Shown here in pieces: positions 38,160 through 51,301 of a stretch of DNA of 64,000 bases. Positions within the stretch are counted from its first letter, which is position 1. Each line of letters opens with the position of its first letter. The notes under the pieces were generated by a model. That model saw nothing but the letters and a program-made list of their open reading frames with translations. It was not told the DNA's origin and did no database searches. This DNA is from Octopus sinensis. Its lineage: Eukaryota. The DNA lies in assembly GCF_006345805.1 (NCBI RefSeq), contig NW_021832602.1, positions 124,001-188,000 of the forward strand. The letters run 5' to 3'. A program made the translations under genes and the position numbers.

Positions 38160-40060
38160 TGTCAGAGTCCTTCAATCGACCCCGATGACATCATAATTCT
38201 CCACAAGGGTCTTAGGGAGACATCCTCTTCGACGTCCTCTATAAGTTGGATATTCATTATGCTAAAAAATTCCACCATTGCGATATCGCGAGGTGTTTCT
38301 TCATTCATCCGTAAAATATAACCAAATAGGCGCAAACGAGCTTTAATAACATCCAGACTTATTGGTACACATCTAGTCAGCATGTATAATTTTTCGTTCG
38401 AAATTTTCTTTGGCCAAGAATAATCGAAGAGTCTACTGAGTTGGTCTCTGTGAAAAGAGTCAAGTTGTTCCATGTTTTTTCTTGACGGACTCCAAGTACC
38501 TGCGTTGTACATGAGGACTGGTCGTTATATAAGCGCAGTCGCATCTTCGCATGAATTTTTTTTCTCAATAAAATCGATTGTAGCTTTTTGACTATTATTG
38601 TGGCTAAGATCTTCCATCGTGTAATATCTTTTGAGTTGCCAAGTAAATGAGTTCCATTAAGTGATTGTCCAGAATTTCGATTTGTTCTCTTAGATCTCTC
38701 AAAGCTACCTACAGATAAACGATGAATAATAGGCGCGATAGCGTATCTCCTTGTGGGGTTCCAGAATTGGTAGAAAATTGTATAGTTTCCTTAGAACCGA
38801 CTTTGACAAGTAGTTCAGTTTCAGCCAATAGCAAATGTATCATGCGCAGACTGTCTTTATCAATAATGTCTTTCGAAAGCCTTACTCATGTCGACTCCAA
38901 GGATATGAAAGGATCGTTTGTACTTCTGTCATGATGTAATTGTTCACTGGTGGCTCCAAACAACATTAGCTGTACATCTTTTGGGTTTGAGACCAGTGTT
39001 CCCTCTAAGCTGCGCGCGTGCGCGGCCGCGCAGCAGTTTGCACCTTGCTGCGCAGCGAAATTTTTTTCTGCGCAGTAGAAAGTATAATATTAAAAATTGC
39101 TATTTTTTTTAATTTTTTATATGAATTTATATATTCTTATTTTCATTTCAAAACGTTTTTTTTTAATGGTTAAACGAAAACGTGTCTATATATTGATATG
39201 AGACTTAAGAAAAATTCTCCTTCTTTTAAGCCGGAATGGTTGATAGAGTACGTCGAAACCTTAACACCAGATTCAAAAATTCCCCAACATGTGCAACTGG
39301 GTGATATTTTTAGTTTTTCCGAAGACTGCGGAGTTGTTTGTAAAAATATGTGGCGACGCTAAAGCGATTGTGATTTTGCGAGTGGAAAAAACTGGGATAT
39401 ATGGAAATTGGATTATCTGAAGAGACATATTACCCATAAATTCATTCAGATTCAATAATAAAATTAAGAATTCGAGCAGGACTGGAATCAGCTGCTTGCT
39501 CACAGAGTCTAAGGATGACCGACAGATGAGATTCAAAATGAGTGATCGTGCACGACTTGAGATTGACCATTTGGAGATGATCATGCGAATCAAGTTCTAT
39601 TTAACAAGTGGGAATACAGTGGATCTTGATCGAGTATACAAATTTGGATACAAAATAAAAAACAGAAGAGATATCCAATTGACTAGACTATTTTTTTAAC
39701 CATTGGTTTTTTAATTGAAATTTCCCCCCCCCCAAAAAATTTTTTGCACACGTCACTTTATAACGCTGCACAATGCAATGTGCCCAGCGCGCATAGCTAC
39801 CACTCGCTTAGAGGGAACACTGTTTGAGACCACTCTGACTGTAAGAAAGATATTGATTGACGGACTTTGATATAAGGTCTCAAATAATAGTTGATAGAGT
39901 TTTCCTTAAAGTGGTGACTAGTAGTGATAGTCTTAAGTTTCCAGACGGGCCCTTTCGTTTTCCTGGTTTCTGAATGGGTATTAATACTCCTGTCCCAATC
40001 GGGAGCGGACGATGCAGAGCAAATGCCTTGTTCAATATTTATGCAAAAGAGCTCGTTAGA
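38160..40060 (-). mobile_element. RTE-like LINE remnant interrupted by a hAT
   Basis: GTPQGDTLSP, YNAGTW, LDSFHR.QL, ISNEKLY, RLRLFGYILR. Confidence 0.75.
38994..39822 (+). mobile_element. Non-autonomous hAT (ZNF862-like C-terminus)
   Basis: TIR cagtgttccctctaagc...gcttagagggaacactg; TSD tttgagac; RARLEIDHLEMIMRIK. Confidence 0.88.
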
Positions 40061-40245
40061 CTATTGGGGCATATTTAAGTGACTGTTAATTTTGTTAAAA
40101 ATATTTTTCATATGAAATTAAATAGATAAAATTTTTAATAATAGTAAATTTGATTGTAATTTTAAAATAATGTATTAGAATGGTTTAGCACTATAGAAAA
40201 TAGACTTATTTTATCGTGGTTAATTCTGTCGTCGTTTATTTAATA

Positions 40246-40773
40246 ATGGATCAAACTTTTCTTATGATAAAGCCAGACGGTGTACAACGAGGATTAGTGG
40301 GCGAGATAATTTCTCGGTTTGAACGACGAGGATACAAACTTCTGTCGATGAAATTTATTAATGTTTATTTAATCAGGTCATCTTTAGCCATCAGAAGAAG
40401 TGTTATCTAGGCACTACGAAGAACTTAGAGATAAACCATTTTTTAGCAAAATGGTTAACTATATGGCTAACAGTGGACCTGTGGTTCCAATGGTATTTTA
40501 TTTTCAAAAATCAATTAGGTCTGGGAAGGAAAAAATATCGTAGCTGCAGCGAGAAGAATGATCGGAGCAACAAATCCCCAGGAGTCAAATACTGGCACAA
40601 TTCGAGGCGATTACGGAATCGATGTGGGAAGGTGTGTATGTGGGTTTATTAATTTAAGGAACATTATTCACGGAAGTGATTCAAATGAAGTGCCGGAGAG
40701 AAATCGCGATTTGGTTTAGTCCCCAAGAAATATCTGGCTGGAAGAGCATGCTAAATGATTACATTACGAGTAA
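40246..40773 (+). CDS. NME: Nucleoside diphosphate kinase (NME1/2-like); last exon has apparent homopolymer deletions
   Basis: [36 protein letters not shown]|VWEG, GTIRGDY, R|NIIHGSDS. Introns 40363-40387, 40493-40518, 40632-40658. Confidence 0.95.
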
Positions 40774-41439
40774 TTCTTCATTGTTGGTTTCTTTCTTAAC
40801 CTAATAAAATTGTTCTAATTTTTTTATATCCCAAGATATTTGAATGATCTTCAATTTATAAACTTGTCCTTTAAAAGAGTGATCAATTTTTTATTTGAGG
40901 CTTTTACTTGGAAAAAGGGCAGACTTTTACTTTAATTATTTGAGTACAGTACGCAAGCGGAATTTCTGTTTCAAAGACTATGTTGTGATTTTTATATTCA
41001 GACACCTGGACTTGGCATAATCAATATTGTAGACAACGTGATTGTTATTTTTCAATTGATAGTTTGTTAATTCTTGATTGAAAAATAACTAATTATAATT
41101 GATTTTTTTTATTTAGACAAATTTAATAATGAGAATACTCTCAAAATGGCTGTACCAGAGGATATCGATCGCAATCTTGCGAGGTAACTCGCTTGCAATC
41201 CGAGGCGCAGCCACTGCTGACACTTAATTAGCTATTTTGAAGAACTCTTTTTCTCTCAAAATAGATGATTCAAACTAATGTGATAAGTAAGATCCTGCAA
41301 CAAAGGCTGGCTGAGTACAGTACAGAATGGCATGGATAATTCACAAAAATCATCATCTAGATAAATTAGAATAATCACATATTCATTAATAAGATAAGAT
41401 GTTTATTAACCATGGAAACAAATAAAATTAGTTTTTAAT

Positions 41440-42380
41440 TAATGTCTGCTTTCAGTCGATTTTCCGTCTCTTCGAGGCAAAGCCAATCTCTTCGATAGGC
41501 ACACTCATCCATTTCACAGGGCTGTCCTCTTTTGTGATCGTCCTTAAGCTCGACTCAATGGCCACACTCGGCACAGCTTCCTCCGTTGTTCCATTTGTAA
41601 AACCGGGACTTTAGGGATTCGTCCGACGGAATCATTCCAAAGTTATGTTCTGCACGCATACTCCTCAATGTTTTCCGGATAACCAACAACTGAATATAAG
41701 TTCGAGCACTGTCGAAATATATTGCTCGGGACAAACAATTCTTTCCCTCGGTGTTCGTTCGATTAGTTAATTGTGACTGTTGTTTATGTCCGGCTGCCAC
41801 TATGAAGTGCAACTTTGGGCTAATAAATAAATTGTCGAAAAATAGATTACGGTCCTGTATAATGTACAGAAGCCCTTCGGCTCTGGTCACTTAATTCCAT
41901 TCGAAAACCACCAAGACGATTCCTTTAGATATACGTCCAAATCTTCATAGAAATTAAACAAAATGGAGTTAAGGGGTTTCTTCGCATCCCCTTAATTAAG
42001 TACTTTTCTTGTACATCCTTCAAAAAATTCAGTTTTGGGCTTTCCGAAGTTGCAAATTGGAACTTTCTGTTAAGGAATTCCTTGATAGTAACCACGTGTG
42101 TTCTTTGATCTGGCGGCTTTCAAAATTACATCTCTCTTCAAACAATAAGAAAAATACATCTAAATTTTGTTGAGAAAATAAAGAAGCTTTCGCTCACTTA
42201 TATTTACCACAGGGAGCAATTCTATTCCTATTTAATCTCTTGAAAAATAAAGTCTATCTATGTTTCCAGGCTTGATGGGATATCAGGACCTTCCAAACAT
42301 TCGTGTCAATATTCTCAAATTCGCATAGTCTGAATTTAATGAACCCGATGTAATAATGATACAAGGACAAAACAAGGCGT
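41440..42380 (-). mobile_element. Decayed R4/Dong-like LINE
   Basis: EGLLYIIQDRNLFF, TYIQLLVIRKTL. Confidence 0.65.
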
Positions 42381-42407
42381 TCTACAATATGAAATAAAAA
42401 ATCAAAA

Positions 42408-42479
42408 GGGCGTTTAGCTCAGTGGTAGAGCTTTCGACTGCAGATCGAATGGTCGGGGGTTCGATTCCCTCTGCGCCCT
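42408..42479 (+). tRNA. tRNA-Cys (GCA)
   Basis: Cloverleaf with GGGCGT/GCGCCC acceptor, D-loop AGTGGTA, TTCGA-CTGCAGA-TCGAA anticodon arm and GGTTCGATTCC; discriminator U; T-run terminator. Confidence 0.95.
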
Positions 42480-42765
42480 TTTATTTATTAAAAAATCATA
42501 AATTTTTATTATTATTAATTATCAAGACACATTCCGTAGGAACATAAACAAAGTTATTTCAACAACTTTGGATCCATGGGTTTAATCTCGGTGAATTTGG
42601 TGTAATTTATTAAATTTGGAAATTGCCATTCCATCTTATCCTCTGCTACTAATTAAATTCGTCTGATTAATTGTTTCGATCTCTTCAAAAAAATTTATTA
42701 AATCACAGTGATAATTTTTTTTTGTTTCTACATTGATGATTTAAATATTCGTTATCAATTAATAT

Positions 42766-43200
42766 CGATTAATCGAAGGGAAGGCCAACGACCTTACTGA
42801 TCGCCAAAATGTTACTCCTGAGAACGGCGATCGAGAACCGCTGGAAAAGCCAGTCTACCTCCCGAGGGTCGTAAGTGCGCATGAAGATTTTGGTCCCGAG
42901 TTTGCGAATAAAGTTTTTCCGTCTTTGGACTGAGAGCACCCGACGTTTCCACCGCAATCGGCAGCACGAGAAACTTATCCGAAAGGCCGGAATATTTTGT
43001 AAGTTTTTTATCTTCGGCTTTTATAGCAGCGGATTTATCCTCCGGATCACACGAAGTTGGGTGTGAGGCAGAAAATGTGTCCCAACAGGTTGCATCCCAT
43101 ACGACTGCTTTTCCACCCTCAAAAGGGAAGATGGTCGTTCCATCAGAGCGTTTCCTGTCACCGCAGTCGAGACCTGGTTGTTCAGGACCGAAGATCCCAG
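42766..43200 (-). mobile_element. CRE-like LINE 3' fragment
   Basis: KRSDGTTIFPFEGGKAVVWDATC, KLTKY, PIAVETSG, FQRFSIAVLRSN. Confidence 0.8.
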
Positions 43201-44689
43201 GCTGGCTGAGACATTCGATCCTTTGGAAGGTAAAGGCCTTCTTCCCTTCAGGCTCCGCTAAAGGGAGCCACATTTATGTCCAAAGAAAATTCAGAAAAGG
43301 AGAATAGAATTTCCATGACAAGTGTGTGGCTCGAGGAGAAGTACAAAAGAAAAGCAGGGAAAGATGGATCGGAACATGAGCGGATGCCGAGACCGCCGAA
43401 GGCTACCGGGAGGGTTGCCTGTCTCCAACCTCTATCGTCAAAGGGGTAATTGCATATGTTTTGAGTGCAATCACGGATAAGGTGGTCATTGGTGGGTTCC
43501 AGGTTGATTATAAACAGCAGGGGTTAGAGAGGTGTGTCGACATTCGTTTCAAAACCGCTTTCAGAAATATAATCAAACATCAACAGATAATTCTGTCTTT
43601 CCAGCAGTACATGTATCATTCTGACTTTGTCCTCAGGCAGGAAACTCTGCAGGACCCCTATAAGTAAATTAAATTAACAGACGAAAATGACGTATCTTTT
43701 TTATCATATGACAATAAAAAAATTTTAATCAATAAAATCACACTGCATCAATTTGAACCGTTGACACACCCACTTCTGAAAGAAACACTGAGGTGATGTA
43801 TAACAGAAATAAGGCAGATATACGGAGCTGGTTGAGGGCGCACTCAAATCTTTAAAAGTCTCTATATCCAGATTATGTCTCACTTTATTTGTCTTGATTT
43901 ATTTATGGAAAGCTTTAGTATTAGTTTGTCCAACAAACTTAGGAGTTATCAATGTGTATATTATTAAAACACAGTTCATGGGGTAAGAATATTTAGGGTG
44001 TTTTTCAGCAATAAAATAATGTTGTGTAAATTGAGACATCCCTGCCAATTTAGTAATTGATCGCAGGGAAGACATCGCAGGCTCTGGGAAAACAGGCTTC
44101 AGGTAAGTTAAAATTCACGTTAAGGTATTCGATTATAGTCTGATTTAGATTTGATTACTACTCTGATTCATTTAAGTGAACTTATATCTTTTGGCCGAAG
44201 AGAAGTCTTATGCCCTTGGAGGCTTCCAGTTACTTCGCCCTAAATAAGAAGAGAGCATAAGTTTCAAAACCATGTCGTCGTTCATGACTGTGAGGGCTAT
44301 CTGCCCGGTCATCCTATTTTAGTATTCTTATTGATTTGAAGTCGCTAATAGCACGAATTGGTTCGACTACATTTATAGCATCATGCTATAAGAATGTTGG
44401 GAATGATTCTGGAAGCGATAAGAGTTTTCCAATTTTCTCTCTGATCAGTGACAAAGGGTTAAAAGAGTTTCACCTCAAATAGGTATTCCGAGTACGTGTT
44501 CAGGAAAAATGCGTCGTCAATAGGGACGGACAAGTATTTTGCTGAATGACAGATTTTAGATTTGCAACGAACGGCGGTGTTCATCAAGTTTAACCGGTCA
44601 ATGTTGCTGATATTATAACTAAGAAATACATCCCGTTCATAATTTCATTGTTTGTGGAAGATAGTAACTCCCCACATCATTTTTAGCAT

Positions 44690-46140
44690 AAGGCCGGTCA
44701 CATTTTTTAACCTTAAAAATTGAAAAAAATTAACCTTAAAAAGTTAACTTTATTAACCTATAAACCAAAATTTTTAACTTTAAAATTAAAAAAAACAACT
44801 TTATTTTTTTCAACTTAAACTTGTAAAGTTCTTAGTTTAAACTTTCATACGAGCCAATAGAAGACAAAACTTATTTTAAGAACTATTTATTGAAAATTGA
44901 CATAACGTAATTTTCCAGATTTTGAGTACTAAAGTTTCTATTTGACCTCAAGAAACTCCTGAATTGCGAAAAGTATCGTTCGACAGATCTGAGGATGGCT
45001 GACAGTTTTGAAGGAATGAATAATCTTTAGGAGAGATATTTTTGTATTCCATATTAATAATTTTCGTTAGATCGGTTCCGAAATTCTTTTCTCCAAATAT
45101 TTTTTAACCTCTATTTCATCTTTCCCAAATTCTATAACACTAAGAGTCGAATATGCGTAGTCTATTGTGCATTCGTTACTTTCAAATTTTAATATTTTTT
45201 CTATAAATTACTATCTAAGCACAACCTGGAATGTGTGAATAGCAATGCGAAATTGCACATAAACTTTGTACTAATCTATCATTTTTCAATGCACTCTTCG
45301 TAGAAGTTACTAAAATTCCCTCGTTCTCAATTAACTCGAAAATATTAATCACTGAGATTAAATTTTTTGAATAATAAGATGCAGCTTTTAACCAGGTACC
45401 CCATCTAGTCAATACGACTTTTGGTGAAATTCCAATTTCTGAAAACAACAATTGTCGCTTTTTGTTCTTCCTAATAGCAGCTTGTACGCTAGCTATCACA
45501 TCATCGACTTCTGGATAAGATTTTCTGACCTCCATTGAACAATTATGTAAAATATGGGCGACGCAATTGACATGGAAAAAATTAGGATATAGATTTTTTA
45601 AAACTTTCCCGGCTAAATCGTAAATGAATTAAGACAATACCGGCCATCATATACCTTGCAGCATCAGAAATAAGAAGCATAAAATTATCCCTTTCAATCA
45701 TAAGATTTCGGATCAAATCATCAACAATCTGGGCTATAATATTTTTTGTATGTGCAAAATCAATTTGCTTGAATGAGACAAAATAAGTAATTTTAGGGTG
45801 TTTGATTGATCCCACCAAAACCGCGACATATCGTTGGTTTCGGATTTGAGTCTCATCGATTATCGAAAAAATTTTTTGTTGTCTAAAAAATAAAATTTGA
45901 TGGAATACTTGAATTTGATCCTGAAAGAATCCATATATTCATTAGCAATATATTTAGCACAATTTCTAGCTTGTGATTGTGAAGGAAGTGAAATCTGGTT
46001 GCATTTGAATAAATCTGTAAACAAAGACATCGATAATTTAACCTTTTGGAACGTTCAATTCTTTCCCGTGGCTTCAGGGCTAAATTTTTATATCTGTTTG
46101 GGTGATTTTGGCATGCTTCGAAGCTTTTTTAACAGTTTCT
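44690..46140 (-). mobile_element. DUF659/CGGBP-like hAT-related transposon with micro-introns
   Basis: IIDETQ, LLISDAARYMMA|AGKVLKNLYPNFFHVNCVAHILHN, VLTRWGTWL, ERYFSQF. Introns 45613-45640 and 45201-45225. Confidence 0.8.
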
Positions 46141-46379
46141 GCACCAATATTTTCTCACGTTTCAGCTTTAAAGCTTCTTTAGGTCTCTCACAGCTCCAAT
46201 AATTTGCAAAGTGGCTAGAAAACGTCATGTCCACTTTAATTCATTGTATTTTACATCGGCACCATTTAATTGCAAAAAATTATCCAAAGAATTGAATGCA
46301 TCATCAATAAAATTAAGATTATTTTAGGTTACTTTTATATACAGAAGTAAGATGATTATCCAAGGGAAATTGTCTTGAA

Positions 46380-46918
46380 AACGGCCCGAAACATAAGTCA
46401 CAAATGACTGTTAAATGGTTACTAAAGAATAAAATAAATGTTTTATAATGGCCAAGGCAATCACCAGACCTAAATCCAATCGAACATTAATGAAAAAGTT
46501 TAAAAATGAACGTTGGTTTAAGGAAACCGAAAACATTCACGATTTAAAAACAATGTGATATTAAGAATGAGAAAAGATTACTCCATTTGAATGTCAAAAG
46601 CTTATTTATCCTTGCAAAAAGAAATGTAAGCAATACTATTTAAAAAGGGAATGGAACTAAATATTAATTTGATTTGTTCCATGACTTTTTATCTTCAATA
46701 AATTGATTTTTACAGAAAAAGCGCTAATTGTTGCAGTATAAATTACTCAAGTCACTAGTTTTTTCAACAATTAATCTAAAATGTCTTATATTTTAAATTT
46801 CCTTTTTATATTACAGTCCTTAATATATTAAATCTCCAACAAGAATTAGAAAAAAATAAATTAGATAAAAAATTTAGTAGAAATATCCAAGCGTTCCATG
46901 ACTTTTTTGCTCCACTGC
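46380..46918 (+). mobile_element. Tc1 3' remnant
   Basis: PKHKS, WPRQSPDLNPIEH; terminal atgacttttttgctccactg with an inner repeat. Confidence 0.7.
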
Positions 46919-47019
46919 ATGAATTAAAGATATATGAAGTCATTCAAGGATGCATAACTCTATTACCTCTACAATTAAAATTTTTTAGATAAAGCAGAGA
47001 TTTAAATTTTTAATTAAAG

Positions 47020-47930
47020 AAAGCATCTATTTTGCAGGACAAGGCGTTGAAACCTTTCGGCGAAATTATAGTCCAGCACCGACAAGAGTGGGACTGGCAG
47101 ATGTCCAAACCCAAGAGTAAACAGATGCAAACCTGCAGGACTCATCGAGGAATCCCGTGGTAGGGATAGGAAGTGCTTTGAGGCAGTCTCTCGTATGTGG
47201 CTGACAACCGCAGTTTAGTGAGGGCAGTTAAAGTGTTTTAGCAGAGAGGGCAAAGAACAGTGGGCCCAGTAGATTCGAAAAAGAAAGTGTGTTTACAAAA
47301 AAGGGAAATGAATAAAACGTAGAGAGGTTGATGGATATCTAGATAGTGTGCTTGAGAACTTTTATTCTCGAATATGAAAGTTATTAATACATGTACTGCA
47401 CAGTGAAATGATGCTTAATTACTACTCGGAGGATTTATTGTGGTCAATCAAAAATTTCACTCAATGCTGACTGACGAGGTATGTCCTTTCTATGAGTTAA
47501 GATGACTGCAGGGAGATGAAGTTTTTTTTTGGCAATTGAGAAATTCATAGGGTAGATCCGTCACCATGGGTTGAGGCAGCTGTACATAGAGTATGATTTG
47601 GTACTCCAACTGTGACAAGTCGGAGTCAGTCCAGTCTGAGTTTTAATTGGTTTAATTTTGATCGAATTTTGAATGAGGCGAATGAGATATTCTTTGCTTT
47701 TTGAGAGTTTGAGAGTCATTATGTGGAGTGTCGTGCTGACCATGTTGGACGACAAAAGCCTAGTATTCTGAAATGTGGTAATGCGAAAGGAATTTATTAT
47801 TATTTGCATGCTACTCCCCAATCTGGTCAGTATGGGACGATCACCTACATTAGTAGTGCCATTGCTACTTTTGTTAAACTTTTCCGCATTGATGCTGATA
47901 TTATTGATTGTCGTATTTTCTAATTTTACA
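47020..47930 (+). pseudogene. Decayed gene-like segment with micro-intron-like motifs and a hydrophobic C-terminus
   Basis: G-rich composition like host-gene 3' halves; candidate intron gtatgtcctttctatgagttaag; no clean frame. Confidence 0.25.
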
Positions 47931-48316
47931 TAACATTTTTGGTGGCAAATGAGTTTGTCAAAATAAGAATGTATAAAATAAAGTTAATTAAAAATGGCTG
48001 TATGGCTCATATGGTTTTCTCCAATTCTTGAGAAAAAAGAAACCATTTTCAACCATTCAAATAAGTCTACACATTTTTGCTAGCAAATATCCGAACAGTA
48101 TACTTTCACGTGAATTTGTCAAAGACTTCATACTGATTTATAATATTTATGGAAATATTATAACAGCCGACAAAAATAGAGACCTTTAGCTTTCAGAATA
48201 AAAAACAATATTTTATTTTTGGGTTAATACTATTGTTACAGATCTTTTTAATTAATCTTTTTGCTCGAATAAATTTTAAACCTAAAACTATAATTTTATA
48301 ATAAATAAATTATTAG

Positions 48317-50707
48317 ATGGATTCGTCATCATTACAAGACTTGGTGGATCTATTCCAAGATGTACAAATACACCAATCACCTGCAATGTTCATATTCTAA
48401 TAAAAGAATATATTAGATTGTCCAAAAGTAATTGGCTCGACATACTTAAAGTACTGCAACGAAAGGAATACATCAATTTGGTATTCTCACGCTCAGGTCA
48501 GTATATAATGACTGAAACACACATCAAGGACTGTTTATCCCACCAAATTAACTTGAAAGGTAAATATTGTAAGTTTTGTTAGGTTTTTTGAATATCCAAA
48601 AATTTGCTAATTACTTAAATGTGTGTATTAATGACATCAATTGTATTATTGAAACATTTCTAACCGAAAATACGCACATCGACAAAATAGACGACCAACT
48701 ATATTCAAAGTATTCTATTTAATTAATGATAGTCAGTTTTACCAAGATTTAGCAAATAAATTAAGGACATTACTCTTAAATAATCTACGAATAAGGCTAG
48801 TTGATATAACATTGGAGTTGGACATTCCCTACTCTCTACTCCTCAAGGTACCTTAGTCGTCTTAGTGAAGGTCATATCCCAAAGGATTGAGGGAGTCGTC
48901 CTCAGTGAGGGAGGAGATGTGCTCTACTCTACTCAGGCTGTCGACCGATGTGAGGCAGTCATTCGAGGAATCACTTGTGCTGCCATAAAGTGTGTAATTC
49001 TACTGTATTGTAGGCCTATTCCTCTCCTTCTGTTGAAGGAAAGAGTGGAGGGAGTGGATGTCTTGTATAAGGGTTGTCCTTGTATTATTTAAAACAAGTA
49101 GAGATGCATATAAAGAATAGCCTTGATACATTTGGTCTTATAAGTATGTACTAGTATATATATGTTTAGAGTATTCCTTATATGATAAATGTGGTATCCG
49201 TAATGTGTTTAAATACACCCAAATGGTCACACAAGAAAAACTTTACCACCTGACCACGTGTTGCATAACATTATCTAAGCGCGAAAATATACTCGAAATA
49301 ATTTTGGCGCTACTGAGAACTAATAAATATATTGATTTAGTCACAATTGTAACCTCTCATATAATTATCTTCTAAGCTGCCAGAAGAATTTGAAGGTGAT
49401 GACGTCATCTCCTTTATATCTGAGGTGGACCTGGAGAGTCTGGACTGTCGAATAGAGAAGGAGAGGTGGATAATCTTAGAGGACTACGTCGAGTCCATAA
49501 CTCAGAAGCTTCGAGAAGGCATGATGGAGTACGCTCATCAGGTTAATATATATTATATTTATTATAGAATTTGGATAGGATTAAAATAGTCTTAAACCAA
49601 ATGGAAAATAAAAGTTTTATAAGCTCCGCAAAGTGAAAAGAGGTTCAAAAAAATACCCCCTCAGTGGAAAGATCATTCCGCATGTGAGCCCGGACTGTCT
49701 AATCCAGTAGGAGGCAAATATAATTCCATTTTATACAAAAGATGAGTATTTTGAATTCTTCAGAGTAAACTGTCCGTCGAATGAGGAGATGTATGAAGTT
49801 CTAGTCAATATATTTGACGAGTAAGTAATGTAAGTATTGGTAGTGTGCTGGTCCGGGAATTTCAGTTTGTCGTAAGGCAGGCTGTTGAAGAAAGCAAAAT
49901 AATTAAAAGTTGTGATTCGAATGGTCAAATTTCGTATATTCGAGATTATATTGGCACGTGGATACCCCAGTTTTTGTGTTATGGAAAGGGCTTGGAGTGC
50001 CTCACAACAGAATCGCAAAATATTCGCTCCATTTTTGAAAATCATTTATTAAAAAATGTCGGTTTTCCACTTGTTGATTTTGTTTTACGAGAGACTGCAA
50101 TAAGAGAGAATATATTAGAAACTGATTATATAATTGATTCACAGGTAACAATCATTAATATATGATAAGATGAAAAGAATGGATACCCTAAACAAACTAC
50201 ATTCATCACTGAGAAATGACTTTGTCTCAATCTACGACACTGCAAAGACAGTTTATAGAGTAGTCTAAAACATCTTAGAGTACTTTGATTGAGTTGTTGG
50301 GAAAGTTGATTCACAGCCAGTTTGGACTGGATATTCCACAGTTGGACGATGAGATAGAAAGGTGGTGTGAGTGTATTTGTGTGTAGAGAAGTCGTCCTGA
50401 AAAATAGAGCCAATCTGAGACAAGTACTGGAGACGAGGAAAAGTGAGGCTGCTGTGTTTTTGGGAGGAGTGTCCCTCTTGTTTAATATTGTGACTGAAAT
50501 GACATTGCTGATTCCAGGGCGGTGTGGAGGGGTGGTGTGCCGTATGTTAGCGGGGAGTATTACCCCACACGAATGTGCTCTCTTGGCCATTTGCGAGGGT
50601 GACTATCTTTTTTAATTGTAGAGAGTGCTTGTCGGCAGTTGAGAAGCGGGGGATGTGAGGTCAGTGAACAGATGAATGAACTAAGAAATATTATTTTGAA
50701 TAAGTAA
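48317..50707 (+). CDS. UFL1: E3 UFM1-protein ligase 1 (multi-exon; internal exons not all resolved)
   Basis: N-terminus LFQDVQ...|LSKSNWLDILKVL...SGQYIMT...G|FLNI...LNV; AVIRGITCAIK|PIPL; C-terminus LLFNIVTEMTLLIPGRC...ALLAICE matches UFL1 LLFQ...LHAPGRC. Stop TAA at 50705-50707. Confidence 0.85.
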
Positions 50708-51301
50708 TTAGTCTTCTTGGGGTGTTAAAACTGAATTATAAACACTAAATAGCAGTAATATGTATTCTTTGCCAACTTTTTCCATAATTTCTCGTTTGAG
50801 AGTGTTATAAAATTAATCTATTACACATTAGATAGCGACATTTCTCAGTTCCATCTAAATCCTCAATAGAACACGACTACGATCTAATTGTGGCTCAAAA
50901 TGAAGACCGTTTTTCATCAGAATCACTCATTTGACACGAGATCAGATTAGAAAACAGCGAATGTGACTTAAAAGTATAAGATTTAACAAAATCAAGGCAA
51001 AAGACGAGAACCTGGCAACTCTCGACAAAGACACGTCGACATTCTCGTCATAATTCCAAACGAGACCTCAAAACTGGGAGATCGCCAGTCAAAAGTTATC
51101 TTTAAACAGAAGTTATCTGTTCTCGACTCTAAACGGGAAGAAGGTGAGAGAGAAATAGAAGAATAAATCGTATCATCAATAAACCAGAAAAGGAGAATTG
51201 ACAGTCCTCGACAACATTCGATCCCACTAGCCCAAACTGGTCAAACAAAAAGAAGTTTGAGGATAGGAGGAACATCTGAAGGGTCAATAAATAGTCTAGT
51301 C

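Noticed and set aside
40660-40773. NDK as a pseudogene or with a novel C-terminus
   Set aside because: All three lesions are single missing bases in short runs and the rest is well conserved, so sequencing error is more likely.
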